13,328 nucleotides of DNA from Methanosarcinales archaeon (GTDB lineage: Archaea; Nanobdellota; Nanobdellia; Woesearchaeales; CG1-02-33-12): the NCBI GenBank assembly GCA_017610505.1, contig JAFCBX010000019.1, positions 1 through 13,328 on the forward strand, given 5' to 3'. The position numbers were made by a program, and so were the translations under genes. Positions within the stretch are counted from its first letter, which is position 1. Every line of letters begins with the position of its first letter. Below the pieces are notes generated by a model. It was given only the letters and a program-made list of their open reading frames with translations, was not told the origin of the DNA and searched no databases. Positions 8,029-13,328 of the stretch are shown piece after piece.

Positions 8029-8564
8029 AAAAGATTCTGCTACTTGCATTCCTTATAGCAGGAATTATTCTTGCGCAAAAAAATGTTGAGGCATCATCAT
8101 TTAACATACAGATAACAATTCCAAATGACTATAAAATTATGCATCCCGGAGAAGAGCTTATGGCAAGCATAAAACTTGTTAATCTTGGAAGCTCTGGCAG
8201 GGAGGATGTGTTTTTGGACTATTGGATTACTGGCCCTGAGCAGAATGTTATACTCCAGAGAAAAGAAACTGTTGCTGTTGAAACACAGGCAAACTTTATC
8301 AGGTTCTTTGATATTCCGGAAGATGCTGGACTTGGCAAATATTGCCTTCATTTTAAGGTGACTGACTTTAATGGAAAGGAATCTACTGCAGAGCATTCAT
8401 TTGAGGTTGCTCAAACGCATATAGATAGGCAGGTGTCCTACTGGTTTGCAGGAATACTTGCTTTTATACTATTGATTTACATTATTTCCAAGTCAAGGCC
8501 AATGCTTAAAAGGCTGCAGATGCAGGTCAGGGTATCAAGAATGGTTAAAAAGAGACTGAAGTAA
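8025..8564 (+). CDS. Small secreted protein with a predicted Ig/CARDB-like beta-sandwich and a C-terminal TM anchor
   Basis: ATG 8025 overlaps the upstream TGA (ATGA), with GAGGT 9 nt upstream. It has an N-terminal signal peptide (MKKILLLAFLIAGIILAQKNVEA). The alternating beta-strand pattern is typical of CARDB-like domains (HPGEELMASIKLVNLGSSGREDVFLDYWITGP...GKYCLHFKVTD). A C-terminal hydrophobic helix (YWFAGILAFILLIYII) is followed by a basic tail. Confidence 0.7.
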   Translation: MKKILLLAFLIAGIILAQKNVEASSFNIQITIPNDYKIMHPGEELMASIKLVNLGSSGREDVFLDYWITGPEQNVILQRKETVAVETQANFIRFFDIPEDAGLGKYCLHFKVTDFNGKESTAEHSFEVAQTHIDRQVSYWFAGILAFILLIYIISKSRPMLKRLQMQVRVSRMVKKRLK

Positions 8565-8610
8565 AAGCTAATTATCTTATGCTTAATTCTATTTAGTTTT
8601 ATTATAAATA

Positions 8611-8807
8611 TACGGCTGCCGGGACTTTCATAGCACTTGCAAACTCTTTTGTGAGTGTTAGCGAGCACGGCGGGCTTGCCGTCAGGCAATGCCCTCCTTT
8701 GCGTATCAAATGAGCGTAACCATTTGCGTGCCAGCTTAGCAAGAAGCTGTTTTGAACCCGGGCAATGACCTTGGGAGGGTCATGTCATACCACTAGACCA
8801 CAGCCGT
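8611..8807 (-). tRNA. tRNA-Gly(CCC) interrupted by a 126-nt intron in the T-loop (between nt 59 and 60)
   Basis: The minus strand reads ACGGCUG UG GUCU AGUGGUA UGAC A UGACC CUCCCAA GGUCA UUGC CCGGG UUCAAA[126-nt intron]U CCCGG CAGCCGU A. After splicing this gives a 71-nt cloverleaf with perfect 7-bp acceptor, 5-bp anticodon and 5-bp T stems. Conserved positions are present: U8, A14, G18G19, A21, U33, purine-37, U54-U55-C56, A58 and G53:C61. The anticodon is CCC. C2:G71, G3:C70 and A73 fit archaeal Gly identity. CCA is not encoded. Exon 1 is 8751-8807 and exon 2 is 8611-8624. Confidence 0.85.
8625..8750 (-). other. BHB-type tRNA intron (126 nt), GC-rich and internally structured
   Basis: T-loop nt 54-57 (UUCA) pair with the intron 3' end (UGAA) to form the 4-bp central helix. 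It is flanked by a 3-nt bulge on the 3' strand (AG|U60) next to the T-stem and by a bulge on the 5' strand (A58 A59|A). An inner helix follows (AGC/GCU, then CUUGC/GCAAG) after one C.A mismatch. Cutting after the second bulge nucleotide on each strand restores the canonical T-loop UUCAAAU. The intron has 64/126 G+C by my count, well above its AT-rich surroundings. Confidence 0.75.
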
Positions 8808-8830
8808 GTAATAACCAAGAAAGTAAGAGG

Positions 8831-8838
8831 ATATAAAA
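8831..8838 (-). promoter_or_regulatory. TATA-box-like element for the tRNA gene
   Basis: The minus strand reads TTTTATAT, with 23 nt between it and tRNA position +1 (8807). This matches archaeal TATA-to-TSS spacing. Confidence 0.55.
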
Positions 8839-9002
8839 GATTTTTGGAAAAATCAGGATTGTTTTAATAGTTTTTTATTATCATTCTTTATTTATTCAAG
8901 GAATTCTTACTGAAAAAAAGTAAAGTTTTTATTGTAATTGTGATTCACTAATAGGAATTAATCATTATAAAACAAATAATGTGATTATTGGGGGTAAGAA
9001 AA

Positions 9003-9170
9003 ATGCTCGGAATAGTCAAGAAAGGGAAAATCTATAGTGAAGGAGAATTAGAAAAACTCGGTCTGGTAAATACCCATAAAAAATTCTCTGATCTCTTGAT
9101 TTACAAGAAAGATGATAAGGTGTATCTTTTTAAACATATTGATAAGAACAAACTTAAATTATACATATAA
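9003..9170 (+). CDS. Small hypothetical protein (55 aa)
   Basis: ATG 9003 is preceded by GGGGT about 8 nt upstream and by CATTATAAAA about 30-39 nt upstream. The track start at 8988 is a TTG. The product is MLGIVKKGKIYSEGELEKLGLVNTHKKFSDLLIYKKDDKVYLFKHIDKNKLKLYI. No family recognised; it could be non-coding. Confidence 0.35.
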   Translation: MLGIVKKGKIYSEGELEKLGLVNTHKKFSDLLIYKKDDKVYLFKHIDKNKLKLYI

Positions 9171-9315
9171 CTAAAAACCAATACGTGTTTTTCCTAACAG
9201 CTTCTTAGTTAGAGTAAAACTTTGCTAAACTGTAGCTTATTAAAAATAGAGCTAGCTATTACAACTTTCCTTCTTTCCTAAAAAAAACAAGTCTAACTAT
9301 CTGACAATAGTAACA

Positions 9316-9323
9316 TTTAAATA
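9316..9323 (+). promoter_or_regulatory. TATA-box-like element upstream of the 499-aa ORF (leaderless-type spacing)
   Basis: TTTAAATA at 9316-9323 ends 23 nt before ATG 9347, and no SD-like sequence lies between them. This is consistent with a leaderless archaeal transcript. Confidence 0.45.
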
Positions 9324-9346
9324 AAAGAATAGCCATTTAAACACTA

Positions 9347-10846
9347 ATGGAGAACAAATCTGATTTAAGAATCAATTATCCTCAATATACTGGAAGAAGA
9401 TATGTTTTTGCAATAAAGGACAATCCACAAAACAAGCCCTTAATAGCTGCAGAGGCTGCTTTTATTGCAGATGTCATGATAACAAAACCAAGTATTCTCA
9501 AAAAACAATTTCAGGCTTCTTTAGAATATCAGGAACAAAAAAAGAGTTACATCCCACTCATAGATTTAAGTAGAAAGTATGGTGTTTACACAGGAGAGAA
9601 AAAAGCAGATGAGAGTCTGCAGTTAAGATACAAAAGGTTAACTGACTTAAGTTTGGATGAACTGGTTTTTGCAATTCTGGAAAAAATCCACACAAAAACA
9701 GGGGCAAAGAACCTTTACTATAAATCAGGAGAAGAATACTTTAATATAGAAGAAAGCGGGCAGGGAGGAGGCATACCCTATGCAGGACCAATTGTTTTGA
9801 CAGCTCCTGTAAGGGCAAAGGCAGATGGCAGGAGAAAAGGCAAGGGCATCAGGAAAATTGAAATAGAGGGCTATTTTGAAACAAGCAAAATTCCATTCAA
9901 CAGTATTCATTCAGAGTCAGAGGACTTTTTCTATACCCTTACAAAGCAGGGTTACACAGGAGGGCATTTACTCACAACAGAAGTACAGGCCCTGCTGCTT
10001 TATGCAAAAAGAAATCCTAGTAAAATCAAAAACCTAGAGAACCTAATGAAATCAGATTCAAATCTAAAAATATTCACACCAATCCATACTAGAGAATCAC
10101 AGCTTAAAACATTGGAAAAATATACAATAAAAGAAGATGATTTTATGAAGAAGGGTGAACAACCAGATCTGACAATGCTCAGGGATGATATACTCTTTGA
10201 CTGGCTGTTTAATGGAACAAACTTCTTTGAGATAGGAAAGAAAATAACTAAGATACCAACAATTGTTGATATAAAACTAGCTGATAAGGTATATAATGAA
10301 ACTGCTGATCTTGAGGTAGTTGTAAATAACTACATATTTGATAAAAGCAATACCTTTATACCAAAACCAGTAAGGGCTTTTTTTGAATTAATGCATAAAA
10401 GACTGATTTGGGATGGATTCAAGCGAGAGGGTTACTGTCTTGAGAAAAGGGATTCTGAAAATGAGACAATAGCAATGGTTTATGAAAAGGGGGATAAGTC
10501 CATAAGGCTCTTATTCAACCAAAATTTTCCACCTTTGGTTCTAAAGCGTGTAAAAAACCCACGGTTTGAAGTAACACCATTCAGAGTCGAAGAAAAAAAC
10601 AACAAAATACATCCTTTCTCTGAACTTTTTATGCAAAAAGATGTATTTGATGACAAGACAAGGGCAAGGACAGATTACCAAGTTGTTATCCCAACAGAGT
10701 TTAAAATTCCAAGAGAGCTTTGGCATGATTATAGGATAATGATTAACAAATATTTTAAAGGCAAAGGCAATCGTCTTGAAAAGCAGTTAAGAATAATGAA
10801 TATCCCTAACAGAGATAGAATTCTGGATTTAATAAAAATGTCTTGA
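9347..10846 (+). CDS. Hypothetical protein, 499 aa, no recognisable domain (ORFan by eye)
   Basis: A long uninterrupted ORF with non-repetitive, mixed-charge composition unlike the antisense shadow ORFs. No P-loop, HNH, DEDD, zinc-finger or HTH signature could be identified. A basic patch is present (RAKADGRRKGKGIRK). Confidence 0.75.
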   Translation: MENKSDLRINYPQYTGRRYVFAIKDNPQNKPLIAAEAAFIADVMITKPSILKKQFQASLEYQEQKKSYIPLIDLSRKYGVYTGEKKADESLQLRYKRLTDLSLDELVFAILEKIHTKTGAKNLYYKSGEEYFNIEESGQGGGIPYAGPIVLTAPVRAKADGRRKGKGIRKIEIEGYFETSKIPFNSIHSESEDFFYTLTKQGYTGGHLLTTEVQALLLYAKRNPSKIKNLENLMKSDSNLKIFTPIHTRESQLKTLEKYTIKEDDFMKKGEQPDLTMLRDDILFDWLFNGTNFFEIGKKITKIPTIVDIKLADKVYNETADLEVVVNNYIFDKSNTFIPKPVRAFFELMHKRLIWDGFKREGYCLEKRDSENETIAMVYEKGDKSIRLLFNQNFPPLVLKRVKNPRFEVTPFRVEEKNNKIHPFSELFMQKDVFDDKTRARTDYQVVIPTEFKIPRELWHDYRIMINKYFKGKGNRLEKQLRIMNIPNRDRILDLIKMS

Positions 10847-10904
10847 GAATTAAAACAAACAATTAATAAAGTTCAAAAACATACTGCTTCTGGGGTGAGT
10901 TGTA

Positions 10905-11744
10905 ATGTCAAAAAAATACTCAAAAGAAAATATAGAAGGAATTCTAAAAAGCCTTAAAGGTGGGGTTATTATGGATGTAACCGAGTTAGGACAAGCACAA
11001 ATAGCCCAGGAGGCAGGGGCTGTTGCAGTAATGTCATTATACATGGTTCCATCTGATATTAGAAAAGAAAAGGGACATTATGGAGAAGCAAGAATGCTTG
11101 AAGCTCTTGGAATTGATTTTATAGATGAAAGTGAAGTACTAACTCCAGCAGATAAAAAATACCATATAAACAAGAGAGAATTTAAAGCACCATTTGTCTG
11201 CGGTGCACGTGACCTGGGAGAGGCATTGAGGAGAATTTATGAAGGGGCTATGATGATAAGAACAAAGGGAGAGGCAGGAACAGGTGATATAAATCAGGCA
11301 ATAGAACATATGAGACAAATCAGGAAAGAGATAGCAGAGCTTGTTGGCTTATGGGAATATAACAAGTTTCTGATTAAAGAAGGCAAAAAAGGTATGGAAG
11401 ATGAGCTAAGAAGAAAGGCCCTAAAAGAATATGAGGTCCCATATGAGCTTGTATATGAAGTTGCAAAATCAGGAAAACTTCCAGTATTAAACTTTGCAGC
11501 AGGAGGAATAGCAACTCCTGCAGATGCAACCTATATGATGAAGCTAGGAGCAGATGGTGTCTTTGTTGGAAGCGGGATATTTAAATCAGAAGATCCAAAA
11601 AAAAGGGCAAAGGCAATAGTTGAGGCTGTCAGATATTGGAATGACCCTGCTAAGCTGTTAAAGGTTTCCAGAGGTTTAAAGGAGGCAATGAAAGGCACTG
11701 CAATAGACTCTTTAGAAGAAAAAGATAAAATGCAGCATAGATAA
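10905..11744 (+). CDS. pdxS: Pyridoxal 5'-phosphate synthase subunit PdxS homolog with an internal in-frame gap (possibly inactive)
   Basis: GGGGTGAG lies 5 nt upstream of ATG 10905. Strong PdxS motifs are present: [82 protein letters not shown] and AMKG. An archaeal-type insertion follows the RQIRKEI region. The GVARM...IPVMAK.RIG segment is missing (see findings). Confidence 0.85.
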   Translation: MSKKYSKENIEGILKSLKGGVIMDVTELGQAQIAQEAGAVAVMSLYMVPSDIRKEKGHYGEARMLEALGIDFIDESEVLTPADKKYHINKREFKAPFVCGARDLGEALRRIYEGAMMIRTKGEAGTGDINQAIEHMRQIRKEIAELVGLWEYNKFLIKEGKKGMEDELRRKALKEYEVPYELVYEVAKSGKLPVLNFAAGGIATPADATYMMKLGADGVFVGSGIFKSEDPKKRAKAIVEAVRYWNDPAKLLKVSRGLKEAMKGTAIDSLEEKDKMQHR

Positions 11745-11794
11745 ATTTTATTCATCAAACTTAAAATAATCTAAAAGAAAAAAGAATTAGAAAA

Positions 11795-12070
11795 CTATGC
11801 TTCCTCTTCTTCCTCAGGATTGTAGCTAGGCACAGCTGCCTTGCTTATTATCATTACATCACCAATTGATTTAACGAGCTGATGTGGAACAATAACGCCC
11901 TTTGCAGAACCAAGTATTTTGTTCAGGAAAGAATTCTTTGTTGCCCTCACCCGCCAGCCAAATACTTTGTTGGCTGTTAAAATTGATTCCTCCACATCAC
12001 CAAAATAATCTCCAGAATCAGTAAAAACTTTCATGTCATATGTTTCTGATATTTTTTTCATCTTTAGCAT
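11795..12070 (-). CDS. PRC-barrel domain protein (91 aa) with an acidic C-terminal tail
   Basis: GGAGGGGT lies 3 nt upstream of ATG 12070 on the minus strand. The pattern is typical of a small archaeal PRC barrel (ISETYDMKVFTDSGDYFGDVEESIL...GVIVPHQLVKSIGDVMII). It ends in PEEEEEA. Confidence 0.75.
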   Translation of the reverse strand: MLKMKKISETYDMKVFTDSGDYFGDVEESILTANKVFGWRVRATKNSFLNKILGSAKGVIVPHQLVKSIGDVMIISKAAVPSYNPEEEEEA

Positions 12071-12276
12071 GATACCCCTCCAATGTAATTATGCTATGAT
12101 TAATATATACCAACTATTTAAAGCTTTCGAAACTTTGGCTTTGGTTATAAAGTAGCTATAAACCAGACTTTAAATCATATCTTAGCAAAGCATCTGCAAG
12201 CACAGCAGCATTGCAAAACTTATTATCAAGCCAGAACTCCAATAAAGCGGTTTAAGTTGGCTGAAAGGTAGGGAGA

Positions 12277-12999
12277 TTATTTCTTTATTTTCAGATTTAA
12301 TTGTTTCTCAAGTTTTGCAATCCTTTCCTTAAGTTCAATCATTTTCAATTCCCTGTTCGTTGCAAATTTGGTGAATTTTTCAAGATTTTCTACCTCTGAT
12401 TTCAAAATTCTTCTTTCTGTTGGTTCAGATAAATGCCATTTTTTATCTGTTTTGTATAGAATCATATTATGAGATTGTATAACATCAATAAGATCTGGAA
12501 TTGAAATGTTCTTTACAGGATAAGTACACATCAATAAAATTAACCTTTTACTATATTTTTCAGTAAGACCTTTTTCGTAAACAAGGACTTTTTTGAGCAA
12601 TTTACTCTTGACCCAAGACATATCTCCTGCTGCCCTTATTCCATCAATGTCTTTGAAGCCAATACTATTAAGTTTTTTATCAATCAACCTATACACTTTT
12701 TCCTTAGTGAATATATTATTCTTAAAATAGAATGTCTTGTAATGTATAAATTCAATCTTCTTTTCTTTAGTATATTTTTGCAAGTCAACAATTCTTGAAA
12801 TTTCTTTTTTAATCTTTTGCTTAAGCGCAGTATTTGGGTAGACTACTATGCAAAGTTCATTATTCTTAAGACCACTTGCAAAAAAAGAAGGAAAAATCTC
12901 TAGGAGGTCTGATATTTTCTCATAAAGCATGACTATATGGGTCCCTTGCTCAACCTCTCCTTTCATAAATCCTAGCGGATTATACTTCCTTTTAAACAT
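12277..12999 (-). CDS. MEDS-domain sensor protein ending in the same conserved C-terminal helix; no output domain
   Basis: The N-terminus matches the MEDS (methanogen/methylotroph DcmR sensory) signature: GTHIVMLYEKISDLLEIFPSFFASGLKNNELCIVVYPN ... IRAAGDMSWV ... LLMCTYP. The C-terminus is NLEKFTKFATNRELKMIELKERIAKLEKQLNLKIKK*. Confidence 0.75.
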   Translation of the reverse strand: MFKRKYNPLGFMKGEVEQGTHIVMLYEKISDLLEIFPSFFASGLKNNELCIVVYPNTALKQKIKKEISRIVDLQKYTKEKKIEFIHYKTFYFKNNIFTKEKVYRLIDKKLNSIGFKDIDGIRAAGDMSWVKSKLLKKVLVYEKGLTEKYSKRLILLMCTYPVKNISIPDLIDVIQSHNMILYKTDKKWHLSEPTERRILKSEVENLEKFTKFATNRELKMIELKERIAKLEKQLNLKIKK

Positions 13000-13025
13000 A
13001 TGGTTTACTTATTATACTTAATTGT

Positions 13026-13033
13026 ATTTATAA
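13026..13033 (-). promoter_or_regulatory. TATA-box-like element upstream of the MEDS gene (leaderless-type spacing)
   Basis: The minus strand reads TTATAAAT, 27-34 nt upstream of ATG 12999, with no SD-like sequence in between. Confidence 0.4.
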
Positions 13034-13157
13034 GTTTTCATTATAAAATTGGTCTATGGTCAAAACAAGGGTTTATGGCCAAAGTTCAAAACTCCGGAAG
13101 TTTTATAAAAAAGGATTTGCTGCTTATTTCCTTATAAAAATCAATATGGTTGATAAA

Positions 13158-13328
13158 ATGGAAATAAGATATAAACACAACAAAACAAAAGATGAGGCTT
13201 ATAAAGCAATTGATGGATTTTTAGGTAAATTAGAAGAAGAATATAAAGATCTGATTGAAGATTATTCAGGGAGTTGGAACTCTTCCAAAGATATTATGGA
13301 TTTCAGTCTTAGTGCCAGGGGTTTTAAG
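13158..13328 (+). CDS. 5' part of a small PHA_gran_rgn-like (putative polyhydroxyalkanoic-acid-system family) protein, truncated by the window end
   Basis: The frame is open from ATG 13146 (MVDK) or ATG 13158 (MEIRYKH...) to the window edge. The sequence MEIRYKHNKTKDEAYKAIDGFLGKLEEEYKDLIEDYSGSWNSSKDIMDFSLSARGFK follows the family pattern (short N-terminus, H, EA, acidic helix, W, F, G). TTATAAAAA lies about 22 nt upstream of 13158. Confidence 0.45.
   Translation, partial: MEIRYKHNKTKDEAYKAIDGFLGKLEEEYKDLIEDYSGSWNSSKDIMDFSLSARGFK

Noticed and set aside
8477-8689. 70-aa ORF on the minus strand (MPDGKPAVLANTHKRVCKCYESPGS...)
   Set aside because: It runs from inside the tRNA intron across exon 2 into the 3' end of the upstream + strand gene. 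It has no SD or TATA element, and its tail has odd low-complexity composition. The tRNA fold explains the GC-rich sequence far better.
8625-8750. C/D-box guide sRNA embedded in the tRNA intron (as in haloarchaeal tRNA-Trp)
   Set aside because: Only a degenerate UGAUAC and a single CUGA are present, 17 nt apart. There is no canonical RUGAUGA C box, no C'/D' pair and no terminal kink-turn pairing.
8611-8807. GC-rich island as SRP (7S) RNA, RNase P RNA or another housekeeping ncRNA
   Set aside because: It is about 200 nt, too short for archaeal SRP RNA (about 300 nt), and I saw no SRP helix-8 or RNase P core motifs. The complete cloverleaf with a BHB-bounded insert accounts for both ends and for the terminal pairing ACGGCUG/CAGCCGU.
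9347-10846. Possible PD-(D/E)xK nuclease signature in the 499-aa ORFan (FDWL ... IVDIKL)
   Set aside because: Such short D...D-x-K patterns occur by chance. Without a profile or structure comparison the assignment cannot be supported.
10869-10892. Possible att-like repeat: GTTCAAAAACATACTGCTTCT resembles the tRNA T-loop/intron border GTTCAAAACAGCTTCT
   Set aside because: The match is interrupted (8 + 2 + 6 nt). It is in inverted rather than direct orientation relative to the tRNA. It is AT-rich enough to arise by chance, and no integrase is present.
12190-12225. Small inverted repeat TGCAA-11 nt-TTGCA between the PRC-barrel and MEDS genes as a terminator or ncRNA
   Set aside because: It has only 5 bp with a large loop. 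Archaeal termination relies mainly on T-tracts, and nothing else in the 200-nt spacer suggests a structured RNA.
1-13328. CRISPR arrays, transposases, integrases, restriction or other known defence genes
   Set aside because: I saw no regularly spaced direct repeats and no ORF with recognisable motifs of these families on either strand.

Overview
This is an AT-rich window (roughly one-third G+C by eye) that looks archaeal. The evidence is a tRNA gene split by a bulge-helix-bulge intron, TATA-box-like elements about 25-30 nt upstream of a tRNA and of apparently leaderless genes, a small PRC-barrel protein, a MEDS-domain protein, and a PdxS carrying the archaeal-type insertion. Shine-Dalgarno-like GGAGG/AGAGGT sites precede internal operon genes. 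Layout: (1) Positions 2-8564 on the + strand hold one tightly packed, co-directional signalling array with gaps of 40 nt or less and two ATGA overlaps. It comprises an unknown gene tail, a 7-PAS sensor broken by a frameshift, a LytS-type 5TM membrane sensor, a LivK-like solute-binding lipoprotein, a Cache-like/HAMP histidine kinase, a REC-only response regulator, a RecA/KaiC-like protein without a P-loop, and a small secreted membrane-anchored beta-sandwich-like protein. (2) Positions 8611-8807 on the - strand form a GC-rich island that folds as tRNA-Gly(CCC) interrupted by a 126-nt intron in the T-loop (position 59/60). (3) Positions 8808-10904 are an AT-rich stretch with a small ORF and a 499-aa ORFan. 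(4) The remainder holds pdxS (with an in-frame loss of the catalytic-lysine segment), a PRC-barrel gene, a MEDS-domain sensor and the 5' end of a PHA_gran_rgn-like gene. The most notable points are the hidden intron-containing tRNA, and a roughly 30-residue C-terminal helix (L[EK]KF[NT]..x[VT][GN]RE[LM][KR]M[VI]ELK....LE) that ends three otherwise unrelated sensors lacking any output domain (PAS, 5TMR-LYT, MEDS). No CRISPR array, integrase, transposase or recognisable defence gene was seen. All family assignments are by-eye motif recognition, not database searches.
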